Shown here in pieces: positions 1-12,251 of a stretch of 49,265 bases of DNA. Below the pieces are notes generated by a model. That model worked only from the letters and a program-made list of their open reading frames with translations, ran no database searches and was not told the origin of the DNA. The stretch is from Chiloscyllium plagiosum (taxonomy: Eukaryota), in NCBI RefSeq assembly GCF_004010195.1, contig NC_057756.1, forward strand, positions 5,952,811 to 6,002,075, written 5' to 3'. A program made the translations under genes and the position numbers. Every line of letters begins with the position of its first letter. Positions within the stretch are counted from its first letter, which is position 1.

Positions 1-96
1 AGCTTAAAAATGTGTTGCTGGAAAAGCGCAGCAGGTCAGGCAGCATCAAAGGAGAAGGAGAATTGACGTTTCGGGCATAAGCCCTTCTTCAGAAAT
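1..96 (-). mobile_element. Penelope-derived short element with hammerhead-like core
   Basis: Minus strand of 65-92 reads CTGAAGA-AGGGCTTATGCCC-GAAACGTC; same family as 37910-38100 and 39625-39822. Confidence 0.6.
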
Positions 97-1349
97 CAAA
101 AAGATATTGATAGATGAAGGGGAGGGACAAAACAATGGCAAACAGATTTCAATGTTGTTAGAGGAGAGATTATCCACTTTGGAATTAATTAGGATATATC
201 AAAATACTTTTAAAAATTAATTAATGGGATATGGGCATTGCTGGCTGGCATTGCATATATTGGCCACTTCTAATTGCCCTGGAGAAGTCGGTGGTGAGCT
301 GCCTTCTTGAATGCTACAGTCCATGGGGTGGAGGGACACCCACAGTTGCTGCTAGGAAGTGAGTTCCAGCCTTTTGATTCATTGACAGAGAACAAAGTGA
401 TTTAGTTTCAAGTCAGAAAACTGTGTGATTGGAGGGGACCATGCAGGTGGTAGCATTTGATTTATCTGCTGTCCTTGTCCTTCTTGTTGGTAGGGGTTTG
501 GAAAACAATGTCTAAGGAACCTTGCTAAGTTGCTGCAGGGCACCTTGTAGATGCTTTGGTGGTGGAGGAAGTGAATGTTAAAAGTGATGGATGTGGACAG
601 CATTGTCCTGGATGATGTTGGACTTCTTGAGTACTGTTGGAGCAGCACCCATTAGGGTAAGTCCATCATACGCCTGCCTTGTATCTTGTAGGTGGCGAAC
701 AGGTTTTGGGGAGTCAGGAGATGAGTTACTCACTACAGGAGTCCTGGCCCTGAACCTCCATTTGGACTAGCCATGGTATTTATTTGGCTGGTTCTACAAA
801 AGTTTTAGTACAATTCTCTCAGTCTCTAACTGCAAGCCCATCTTGCTCATTTGGTAATAACAACCAGCTCATTTGATTTTTCCTTGTGGAAAGACAAGTG
901 GATGGAAAATTAAAAAAAAAACACACTTTGAGAAAGGCCATCTTGGAAAGAGAGAAATGTATACAAAACTATTCAGGACCTAAACAACAATATACAAATC
1001 TCTGATAAAAAATAATAATGAATCACCTCAAATTAAAAAGTGATGCAATGCAAGACAATCTTTCTTCATGATCTGATTTTTTTTCACTTTGTTGTTTTTA
1101 TTTTAGAAAGATTTATGGAGAAGCTACCAGCTGACAGTTGTAAGATGTTGTTCACTTTGTTTCAGAGATTGGGCTGATACCTCAGGAGGATATGCTAAGA
1201 TCAGAGATGTGAGTAACACCTGTGCTTTGCTTATACTCAAATTTCCAAAGCGATTGTTTACAGAAAATAGACAGCTGTTACTTCTCTATCCTTTAAGGAG
1301 AGTTTTTTTTCTTTATTTGCTCATGGGACATGGGTGTTGTGGGCTGGGG

Positions 1350-1585
1350 GGGTAGGTATAGGACAGATGTTAGGGGTAGGTTCTTTACTCAGAGAGTTGT
1401 GAGTTCATGGAATGCCCTGCCAGTAGCAGTGGTGGACTCTCCCTCATTATGGGCATTTAAGCGGGCATTGGATAGGCATATGGAGGATAGTGGGCTAGTG
1501 TAGGTTAGGTGGGCTTGGATCGGCGTAACATCAAGGGCCAAAGGGCCTGTACTGCGCTGTATTTTTCTATATTCTATGTTCTATA
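1350..1585 (+). mobile_element. CR1 LINE 3' end fragment
   Basis: ...GRFFTQRVV..WNALP-type coding remnant, gggccaaagggcctgt motif and (tattcta/tgttcta) tail. Confidence 0.8.
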
Positions 1586-1679
1586 TGTCAGTGACAAATG
1601 TGGGCACAGCCTGTATCAAACAGATTACTCTTGTAAAATCTACTGCAGAAAATTAGAAGTGAGTTAATTTCAATCAGGG

Positions 1680-2650
1680 TTCGTGGTGAGTTTCTGCAGT
1701 GCGTCTGGTAGATGGTACACACTGCTGCTATTGAGTGTCAGAATGTGGTGCCAAACAAGCAGGGGGCTGCTTTGTCTTCGGATGGTATTGAGTTTCTCGA
1801 TGTGTTGTTGGAGCTTCACTGATCCAGGCAGGTGGGGAGTATTCCAGCACACTCCTGACTTGGCTTGTCAATGGTGGACAGGTTTTAGGGAGTCAGGAGG
1901 TGAGTTACTTGCTGTAGGATTCCGACCCTCTGACCTGCTCTTGTAGCCCCTGTTTTACATGATGAGTCCAGTTGCAATTCTGGTGAATGCCCCCCCCCCA
2001 GGATGTTGATAATTGGGGGACTGACTGATGGTAACACCATTGAACATCAAAGGGTGATGGTGAAATTCTCTCTCAATGTTAACTCCTGGGATGGTGAGGG
2101 TGAGGGGACTCAGTGTTGTAACATCATTCAACATCACGGAGGGATGGTTAGATTCTCTCTTATTGACTGCTACTTGTGGGGCATGAATGTTACTTGCCAA
2201 TTGTCAGCTCTAGCCTGGATATTGTCCAGATCTTGAAGTATTTGAATGTGATCTGCTTCAGTATCTGAGGACTAGCAGATGGTACGAAACATTATCAGAG
2301 AACATTCCACTTCGGACCTTATGATGGAGGCAAGATCATTGATGAAGCACGGTTGGGTCTAGGATACTAGCCTGAAGAACTACTACAGAGATGTCCTGGA
2401 GCTGAGATGACTGACCTCCAACAAACACAACCATCTTTGTGTGTGTCAGATATGGTTCCAACCAGTGGAGATTTTGCCCCCAATACCCATTGATTGGAGC
2501 TTTGCCAGGGCTCTTTGATGTCAAGGGCTGTCACTCTCACCTCCCCTCTGGAGTTCAGCTCTTTTGTCCACGTTTGAGCGAAGACTGTAATGAGGTCAGG
2601 AGCTAAGTGGCCCTGGCGGAATCCAAACTGGGTAGCACTAAGCAGGCGAT
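1680..2650 (-). mobile_element. Old degenerate LINE fragments (a similar piece lies at about 220-790)
   Basis: Shares segments with 220-790 (gggagtcaggagg/atgagttact) and with RT-like repeats at 25075-25535. Confidence 0.45.
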
Positions 2651-3394
2651 CTTTACTGAGTTCCTGTCTGTATGCATCATTTCCGTAATAATAACCCCCC
2701 CTGCTCCCAATCCAATCTGATGGGACGCAACCAAATGCTGTTCATTTGGGAAACTGGTTCACTGCAGAACTTTAAGCAAGAAAAATCTTCCAGGTCTGGC
2801 TTACACGTGACTCCAGCTCAAAAGTATTGGAGGTGAATCTGAAACGTGCTCTGACATGTCCTAGTGAGCCGCACAGTGATAGGTCTGCAAAGTCCGATAA
2901 AGTGAATCAAAAAAGGGCAAACCTATCTTCATTTTTTTCTCCCTGCGTGCTGTTCTCTCAAAGTTGTCCCCCAGGCACTCTCACAGAGATAACATCAAAC
3001 TTCGGAAGAGTTATTTATGTTTGAAACCACACAGTTTCAGGGTTGGTTAAAAAAGGGAAGTAACCCTTTCTCTCATTCTCCCTGCAGCATCTACGTTTTC
3101 CGTATCCCTCCTTCCCTTGCTCTTTGTTAGAGCCCTCGCTGATTTTTCATGCGTTTCAGTTTTATTTTATCAGTGTTGTTATTGCGAGCTGGAAATGGGC
3201 CTGTGGACTTTGGGAAACAACCTACCTTAGATTGCCAACGTTACTTACTGGAGGTTTAGTGCAGTCTCCCAGTGATTTGCGGAGTGACTCCGATCAAATA
3301 AAGGCACGGGGAATGAGAATGTCACACATAACACTCTCAAATAATTGCCCGTGGCTTTACAGCAAAACTGGGGCAGCTTTGCCATAGGCTAATC

Positions 3395-4420
3395 GATGTT
3401 CGTATCCCTATCCAAATGTCTTTTAAATGTTGTAACTGTTTCTGTAGCTACCTTTCTCTGGTAGTTCTTTCCAGACCACTGTCTGTGAACAGGCTGCTCC
3501 TCCAGTCCCCCTTAAATCTTCTCCTCTCACCTCAAAGATATGCTCCCTAGTTTTGAACCACCCTCCCCCACCTCAGGGAAAAGACCTTTGCTACTCACCT
3601 TATCTATGCTCCTTGTGATTTTATAAAGTTCTGTAAGTTCATCCCTCAACATCCTATGCTCTGGGGAAGGGAAAAAGTCTCAGCCTTTCCAGCCTCTCCC
3701 TATAACACAAACCCTCCATTCAGGCAACATCCTTGTAAGTCCTTTCTAAACTCTCTCCAATTTAATAATATTATTTCTATAGCAAGGCGAGCAGAGCTGT
3801 ACTCCAAAAGTGCCCTCACCAACGTCCTGTATAACCTCAACATGACATCCCAACTCCTTTACTTAAGATTACCTACCATATGGAAACAGGCCCTTCGGCC
3901 CAACAAGTCCACACTGACCCTCTGAAGAGTAACCCACCCAAACCCATTCCTGACCCTACATTTATCCCTGACTTCAGAGGGTCAGTGTGGACTAGCTGGG
4001 CTGAAGGGCCTGTTTCCACACTGTAGGGAATCTAATCTAATGCACCTAACACTATGGGCAATTTAGCATGGCCAATTCACCTAATCTGCACATCTTTGGA
4101 CTGTGGGAGGAAACTAGAGCACCCAGAGGAAACCCACACAGACACAGGGAGAACGTGCAAACTCCACACAGTCAGTCGCCTGAGGCCAGAATTGAACCCA
4201 GGTCCCTGGCGCTGTGAGACAGCAGTGCTAACCACTGAGCCACTGTGCTGCCCAATAATCTGACCAATGAAAGCAAGCATGCTAAGTACCTTCTTCACCA
4301 CCCTGTCTACCTGTGACACCATTTTAATGGAACTATATCCCTGAATCCCTAGGTCTCTATGTGTGACATCACTCCCCAGGGCCCTACCATTAACTGTACT
4401 AGTCCTGCCCTTTCTCATTT
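3395..4420 (-). mobile_element. CR1 fragment interrupted by a SINE (about 3865-4254)
   Basis: Antisense CR1 ORF2 3' region on both sides of the SINE. Confidence 0.7.
3865..4254 (-). mobile_element. HE1/V-SINE with an inverted tail fragment nested inside
   Basis: tRNA-like head and V-domain core (gtgtggagtttgcac.ttctcc..gtgtctg.gtgggtttcc) on the minus strand. Confidence 0.85.
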
Positions 4421-4714
4421 TTTACTGAATCTACAAATATCCCATCGTGGATGAGGCCGGCGTGCAGAACCACAGCAAAAGACAAGGTTGACGCACTGCA
4501 AAAGTCTACAGCCAGAAGTGCGGGTTATCTGGAGGACTGTAAGCAGTTTTGCTCCCCTTACTTAAGGGAAGATATCATTTTATTCAGAGGCAGTTCGGAG
4601 AAGGTTCACTATGATGAGCCCCAGGATGCAGGGATCGTCTTTTGAGCAAAAGTTAAACAGGTTGGGATTCTACTGACTGGAGTTTAGAAGTGTGAGAGGT
4701 GAGAGGTGAGATAT

Positions 4715-5052
4715 GGGCGGCACGGTGGCACAATGGGCACAGTGGTTAGCATTGCTGCCTCACAGCGCCTGAGACCCGGGTTCAATTCCCGCCTCAGGCG
4801 ACTGACTGTGTGGAGTTTGCACGTTCTCCCCATGTCTGCGTGGGTTTCCTCCGGGTGCTCCGGTTTCCTCCCACAGTCCAAAGATGTGCAGGTCAGGTGA
4901 ATTGGCCATGCTAAATTGCCCCTAGTGTTAGGTAAGGGGTAAATGTAGGGGTATGGGTGGGTTACGCTTCGGCGGGTCGGTGTGGACTTGTTGGGCCGAA
5001 GGGCCTGTTTCCACACTGTAATGTAATGTAATCTAATCTAATCTAATCTAAT
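4715..5052 (+). mobile_element. HE1/V-SINE, full length, inserted in a + CR1 fragment (about 4540-5405)
   Basis: A/B-box head (cagtggttagca; ggttcaattcc), V-domain, CR1-like tail gggccgaagggcctgtttccacactgta and (atcta)n end. Confidence 0.92.
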
Positions 5053-5844
5053 ATGTGGGCCTGACAGGGTCAATGCTGAAAGGATGTTTCCCCCTCATGG
5101 GAGAGTCTAGGGCCAGAGGACACAATCTCAGGATAATGGGACTCCAATTGAAGACTTAAATGAGGAGAAATTTCTTCTCTCAGAGGGTTATCTTTGGGAC
5201 TCCTTGCCACAGAGAGCTGTGTGTGGGGTCAGAGTCCCTGTGTATATTTAAGACTGAAGCAGATAGGTTCTTGATCATTGGAGAATCAAAGGTAAGGGCA
5301 GGAAAATAGACATGAGGAACGTTGCATCATCCACAATCCAATTGAATGGTGGAATGCAATTGAGGGGCCGAATGTCCTACTCCTGTTCCTATTTTGTATG
5401 GTCTTAGGATAGAGTAGAGTCTTCTCTTGAAACCCCAGGCCTGCTAAAATGCTCCCCTCAGCTAATTTAATTCTTCTGTCAAGAAAGACAGCCCAGAGAT
5501 GGAGTCATGGACCCTTCTAGTTGGAAGACGTCTCCAAATGTCATTTAAGACCCCCATGAAGGTTTAATGGCATCAGGTCAGATTTGGACGTGGAATTTCT
5601 GTGCTCATTCCCTTCCCATGAACCCACTGAGGGGTTAGCAACTTGTGGAATTCAGAAAGATCTGGACGCAGTTAAAATGAACAACTGCTTGGAGTCTTCA
5701 AGGGCACATTGGAAGACGTTGGTGGTTGTTACAGACCACGATCGGCATCAACCACGATTCCTCAGAAAATGAACCTTCATCTGAACGCAGCCGGACCCGG
5801 AGAGTATTGGAGGTTGATCTGATAAATCATCACACAACTGTCAA

Positions 5845-6053
5845 CCGGGTGCTCCGGTTTCCTCCCACAGTCCAAAGATGTGCGGGTCAGGTGAATTGGC
5901 CATGCTAAATTGCCCGTAGTGTTAGGTTAAAGGGGTAAATGTAGGGTATGGGTGGGTTGCGCTTCGGCGGGTCGGTGTGGACTTGTTGGGCCGAAGGGCC
6001 TGTTTCCACACTGTAAGTAATCTAATCTAATCTGTAAGTAATCTAATCTAATC
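5845..6053 (+). mobile_element. HE1/V-SINE, 5' truncated
   Basis: 3' half matches the copy at 4715. Confidence 0.88.
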
Positions 6054-6536
6054 AATGGCAGGTTTTCAAAAGGACAATTCAACCATTCACCCTTCCACTT
6101 ATTATCTGCTGAATTTGTTCTGTGTGGAACCATTTATCAGGAAATGGCTATAAATACCATGGTGACAGGAACAATCAGAAAATGAGTATTCTCATAGAAA
6201 CTATGAGCAGGAGTAGGCTATCCAGCGCCTCCAGCCTGTTCCACCTTCATGTACGATAATGACAGATCATCAAGCTCAATACCCTCATCCCACCCTCCCT
6301 TCGTATACCTTGGTCCCTTTCGCCTCAAAACCTCGATCCATCTCTATGAACAAAGTTCAATGTTCTGTCCCCGATCACTTTCTGTGGCACAGATGTTTCC
6401 AGGATCCCCACTCTCTGGGTGAAGACATTTCTCCTCATCTCAGTCCTACCACATCTTGTTTAGACTGTGATTTCCCGGTTCTTCCCCACCCCCGTCCCAT
6501 TGGGATTATCCTTCCTGTGTTTATCATGTTTCATCT

Positions 6537-8322
6537 GGGCGGCACGGTGGCACAGTGGTTAGCACTGCTGCCTCACAGTGGCAGAGACCCGGGTTCAATT
6601 CCCGCCTCAGGTGACTGACTGTGTGGAGTTTGCACATTCTCCCCGTGTCTGCGTGGGTTTCCCCCCACAGTCTAAAGATGTGCAGGTCAGGTGAATTGGC
6701 CATGCTAAATTGCCCGTAGTGTTAGGTTAGGGGTATAGGTGGGTTGCGCTTCGGCGGGTCGGTGTGGACTTGTTGGGCCGAAGGGCCTGTTTCCACACTG
6801 TAATGTAATCTAATCTAAATCTAAAAATCTTGTTAGCATTTTACAGGTTTCTTTCAGATTCCCTCATCGTTTTTCTAAATTCCTGTGAATATAACACCAA
6901 TGGATCCAGTCTCTCTTCATCCATGAGTCCTGCCATCCCAGGAATCTGTCCGGTCAACCTTCACTGGTCTCCCTCCGTAGCCTGAACATCCTTCCTCAGA
7001 TAAGATTAGATTAGAGTCCCTACAGAATGGAAACAGACCCTTTGGCCCAACAAGTCCACACTGACCATCCAAAGAGTAACCCACCCAGACCCATTACCCC
7101 TGACTAATGCACCTAACACTATAGGCAAGTTAGCCTACAGTATGAAAACAGGCCACTTGTGGACCCAACAAGCCCACACCCACCCTCCGAAGAGAAACCT
7201 TATATTACCCCTGACTAATGCACCTAACACTATGGGCAATTTAGCCTGCACCAAGCCAATTCACCCGAACCTGCACAGAGGCGAGGTGGGAATCGAACCC
7301 AGGCCCCTGGCACTGTGAGGCAGCAGTGATAACCGCTGAGCCACTGTGCTACCCCTTGGGGGTTAGCACTGCTGCCTCACAGCACCAGAGACCTGGGTTC
7401 AATTCCAACCTCAGGCGACTGTCTGTGTGGAGTTTGCACATTCTCCCCGTGTCTGCGTGGGTTTCCTCCGGGTGCTCCGGTTTCCTCCCACAGTCCAAGT
7501 TGTGCAGGTCAGGGTGAACTGGCCATAGTGTTAGGTGCATTAGTCAGAGGGAAATGGGGGTCTGGGTGGGTTACTCTTTGGAGGGTTGGTGTGGACTGGT
7601 TGGGCCGAAGGGCCTGTTTCCACACTGTAGGGAATCTGATCAAATTTCTCCGACAATTTGTGGGTGGCACAGTGGATAGCACTGCTGCCTCACAGCGCCA
7701 GAGACCCGGGTTCAATTCCCGCCTCAGGCGACTATCTGTGTGGAGTTTGCACATTCTCCCCGTGTCTGCGTGGGTTTCCTCCGGGTGCTCTGGTTTCCTC
7801 CCATAGTCCAAAAATGTGCAGGTCAGGTGAATTGGCCATGCTAAATTGCCCGTAGTGTTTTGGGATCTGCAGATTAGGTACATTAGTCAGGGGTAAATGT
7901 AGGGAAATGGTCTGAGTGGATTACCCTTTGGAGGGTCAGTGTGGACTTTTTGGACTGAAGGGCCTGTTTCCACACTATGGAGATTCTAATTCTAATTCTG
8001 TGACAGGGCCTTGCTTTAACCATCATGTCTGAAAATCTGAACCTATTTCTTGGGGTGGCATGGTGGCTCAACGGTTAGCACTGCTGCCTCACAGCACCAG
8101 GGACCTGGGTTGGATTCTTGCCTCTGGCAACTGTCTGTGTGGAATTTGCACATTCTCCCACAGTCCAAAGATGTGTAGATCTGGTGAATTGGCCATGCTA
8201 AATTGCCCACGGTTTTCAGTGCATTAGTCAGAGGCAAATGGGTCTGGGTGGGAAACTCTTCAGAGGGTCGATGTGGACTTGTTGGGCCAAAGGGCCTGTT
8301 TCCACACAGTAGGGAACCTAAT
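6537..8322. mobile_element. Cluster of at least 5 HE1/V-SINE copies (6537-6825 +, 7003-7352 -, 7358-7640 +, 7660-8000 +, 8052-8322 +) nested in an antisense CR1 (about 6195-8700)
   Basis: Repeated SINE heads, cores and tails; CR1 sequence resumes at 8325. Confidence 0.85.
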
Positions 8323-9529
8323 TATAAGGAGACCCAAACTGCACACAATACTCCAGGGTGTGCTCTCACCCTGTACAGTTGGAGCAAGACATCCCTGCTC
8401 TTAGCTTTGAATCCTCTCGCTACGAAGGCCAACATCCAATCTGCCTTTTTCACTACCTGCTGCTCCTGCAATGCTCACTTTCAGCGCCTGGTGTACGAGG
8501 GACACCCAGCTCTCTGCCTTTGTCAGTTCACCGTCATTCAGATAATAGAGGTTTTGCTCGCCGAGTGGATAACCTCACACTGATCCACGTTAAACTGCAT
8601 CTGCCCTGCACTGGCCCACTCTCCCACCTTGTGCAGGTCACACTGAAGCATCTCTGCATCCTCCTTCATAGCTACCCCTCCCTCCCAGCTTTGTGCAAAC
8701 TCTGAGGGGCAAGAATACGCCATTTGGCCCCTCAAACCTACTCCGGCAATCACTGGGATTGTGGCAGATCTCTGAGATCAATACCCTAATCCCTCCCTCT
8801 CCCCATTGCCCTTGGCCCCTTTCGTCTGAGGTGCTCCATCTCCCTTCTTCTTGAAAACACAATATTTTGGTCTCAGCCACTTCCGAGTGAACCATCCGCA
8901 AATGCATAGCAATAGCACCTCAAGGTCACTTGGGTAGTCGCTGCTAAATTTAGCCTCTTGAAGTGCAAAATTATTTCCTTGTTTGCCTTTTTTAAACCTA
9001 GTGACTGATTCTCAGCCAACGTTCACCCTGCAGTTTGGAAACAGGCCCTTCGGCCCAACAAGTCCACACCGACCCTCCGAAGAGTAACCCACCCAGCCCC
9101 ATTTCTCTCTAACTAATGCTGCTCCAGGGAAAGTGTCCCAATCTTATTCAGCCTCTCCTTATAACGCACCATCACCAGCACTATCCTGGTCAATCCTTTC
9201 TGAACCCTTTCCAATTTAATAACATCCTCCCTACAGTAGGGCAAACAGAGCTGTACATAGTAACCCACTCCGGCCATGGGGGTGAGATAGGTGTCTTCAG
9301 GGTCCGCCTGAGGAGCACTGCTCTCTGAGAGACCTCCCCCGACTGCCCGTGGCCGGTGTAACTAGCCAGGGTGTGGGCTCACCTCTGTGGGTTTTCCCTG
9401 GCACCTCCTGCCCTGAGTAATCCCACCCTCTGAGCCTGGCACCTAATTGGAATGAAAACAGTGACGGAGTACAGTGCGGGTCAGTGTGAGGTGACGTACT
9501 TTGGCAGGAAAAATAGCTGTGTCAACATT

Positions 9530-9855
9530 TGGGCGGCATGGTGGTTAGCACTGCCTCGCAGCGCCAGAGACCCGGGTTCAATTCCCGCCTCAGGCGACTG
9601 ACTGTGTGGAGTTTGCACGTTCTCCCCGTGTCTGCGTGGGTTTCCTCCGGGTGCTCCGGTTTCCTCCCACAGTCCAAAGATGTGCAGGGTCAGGTGAATT
9701 GGCCATGCTAAATTGCCCGTAGTGTTAGGTAAGGGGTAAATGTAGGGGTATGGGTGGGTTACGCTTCGGCGGGTCGGTGTGGACTTGTTGGGCCGAAGGG
9801 CCTGTTTCCACACTGTAAGTAATCTAATCTAATCTAAGTAATCTAATCTAAAAAA
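9530..9855 (+). mobile_element. HE1/V-SINE inside a + CR1 fragment (about 9440-10085)
   Basis: Full SINE; flanks translate to CR1 ORF2 remnants (KANAMPAFI.R.LEYK). Confidence 0.88.
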
Positions 9856-10327
9856 AAACTTATCCAAAATGGGAAAAGGCTTCGGAAATCTGAAGCACAA
9901 AGGGACTTGGGAGTCTGAATTCAGGATTCATTTCAAGTTAACAGGCAGCTTCAGTTGGCATTTAAGAAAGCAAATGCAATGCCAGCATTCATTTTGAGAA
10001 GGTTAGAATACAAGTGCAGAGATGTCCTGCTGAGGCTGTTTAAGGCTCTAGTCGTACTGCATTTGGGATATTGTGAGCAGTTTTCATGTGTTGCCTCCTT
10101 TTCCCAATCTCCTTTGCGCTATGGAAAAATACTCCAGTCTGTCCATCTCTCTCCATCACTGAAACTCTTGAGCCCCTAAGACAAAGTCCTGGTAAATCCC
10201 ACTCTGTCCCCTCTCCCAGGGCTATCACATTCCTCCTAGAATATGGATTCCAGAACAATTGAAGAAGAAGAACATGCATTAACCTATGAAGTGCTAAAAC
10301 AAGACTGAGGTTCAAAATGGCCAGACT

Positions 10328-10617
10328 TTAGATTAGATTACTTACAGTGTGGAAAAAGGCCCTTCGGCCCAACAAGTCCACACCGACCCTCCAAAGAGCA
10401 CCCCACTCAGACCCATTCCCCTACACCTAACACTACAGGCAATTTAGCATGGCCAATTCACCTGACCTGCACATTTTTTGGACTGTGGGAGGAAACCCAC
10501 ACAGACACAGGGAAAACATGCAAACTCCATACAGACAGTTGCCTGAGGCAGGAATTGAACCCGGGTCTCTGGTGCTGTGAGGCAGCAGTGCTAACCACTG
10601 TGCCACTGTGCTGCCCA
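10328..10617 (-). mobile_element. HE1/V-SINE
   Basis: Reverse complement of the SINE consensus. Confidence 0.88.
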
Positions 10618-11194
10618 ACACTCTAGTGAAGCTCAGCACAAGCTGGAAGAACAGCATCTCGTTTTCCAGTTGGCCATCCTGCAGCCTTCGGAACTCAATA
10701 TCGTGTTCAATAATATTTGAATCTGAACGTCTCCTTCCATGTCCCTTATCTACCCCCACACCCCTGGCTCTGTCATTGCATAGGCTGCTTTCAGCACAGC
10801 CAGCCCATTTTCACCTACTAATGGTCACCGTTAGCAGCTTCTCTTTCTTCCTAGCTTACCATTATCCATCTCCTTGTCTGCTTAATTGGCTTTATATCCC
10901 TTTGGGCTCCATTTCCAACTTGTTCCCATTTCGCAAATCTTTCTGCGCAACAATGTTGCTTGTGAAGAACATTGTAAAGGGGAAAAACAGGAAGTTACGC
11001 AGCTTAAATAGAAAGTTCCCAAATTTGCCCTCAAACTGATTATTATTGTGTTCACATTGGGCACTGAAAGTAAAATCAGAGTAATCAAAAATAATTGGAC
11101 ACTGGTCATTAACATGAAGATTCTGTTCCAGTGGTGCAGACAGAACTCTGACGAGGACTCTGTGTAAAAGAATATAGCAATTTGTAGGAAGATC

Positions 11195-11920
11195 GGAGAG
11201 TAGGGACAGAAGTAGGCCATTCGGTTCCACCATTCAATGGCTGATCTGTGGTCTAACTCCGCATACCTGCCTTTTGCTCCTATCCCTTTGCTCAACAAAA
11301 GTGTGTCTCTCTCCGATTTAAAATCCAGCATCCACTGCAGTTTGTGGAACAGAGTTTCAAACCTCTATGACCCTTTGTGTGGGCAAGTGCTTCCTAACAT
11401 CTCTCCTGAACGGTTTGGCCCGAACTCTCAGACAGTACCCTTCCTAGTTCGAGAATCCCCAACCAGTGGAAACAATTTCTCTTTATCTACCCTGTCTTTA
11501 ACTGTTAACGTGTTAAATATTTCAATCAGATTTCATCTTAAATATCTAAATTCGAGAGAAAACAGCCCTAATTTGTGTAATGGTTCCTCATAATTTAACC
11601 CAGGAATCATTCTTGTAAACATACATTGTTCTCCCTCTTGGCCAATGTATCCTTCCTAAAGTGTGGTGCCCGGATCAGCTCCAAGTGGAGTCTAACCAGG
11701 GTTTGTGTCATTGCAGCAGGACCTCTGCATCCTTGTACACCAGTCCTCGAGACATAAAAGCCAGCCTTCATTATTTTAGCTATCTATGAACCTGAACCTG
11801 GATCTCCACTGCATTTAACACCATCTGGAAAGTTCCCTGATCCTTTCTCAATCCATAATGGATAACCTCACACTTGCTTGCATTGATCTCCACCTGCCAC
11901 AGTTTTGCCCATTCATTTCG
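11195..11920 (-). mobile_element. CR1 3' fragment
   Basis: gaagtaggccattcgg tail and antisense ORF2 remnants; similar to 46270-46580. Confidence 0.65.
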
Positions 11921-11922
11921 AC

Positions 11923-12251
11923 TAGATTAGATTAGATTACTTTACAGGCTAGATTAGATTACTTTACAGTGTGGAAACAGGCCCTTCGGCCCAACAAGTC
12001 CACACCGACCCGCCGAAGCGCAACCTACCCATACCCCTACATTTACCCCTTACCTAACACTATGGGCAATTTGGCATGGCCAATTCACCTGACCTGCACA
12101 TCTTTGGATTGTGGGAGGAAACCGGAGAACCCGGAGGAAACCCACGCAGACACTAGGATAATGTGCAAACTCCACACAGTCGCCTGAGGCGGGAATTGAA
12201 CCCGGGTCCCTGGCGCTGCGAGGCAGCAGTGCTAACCACTGTGCCACCGTG
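11923..12251 (-). mobile_element. HE1/V-SINE
   Basis: (tagat)n tail, V core and head. Confidence 0.9.

Noticed and set aside
4715..4795. tRNA gene
   Set aside because: tRNA-derived SINE head continuing into the V-domain and tail; the same holds for the other copies.
4684..5016. Recurrent MWKQALRPNKSTPT / ASQRQRPGFNSR ORFs (also 9481, 11969, 32023, 40692)
   Set aside because: Translations of HE1/V-SINE copies.
10608..11331. Overlapping 113-149 aa ORFs
   Set aside because: No recognisable domain or splice structure, and the ends lie in repeats.
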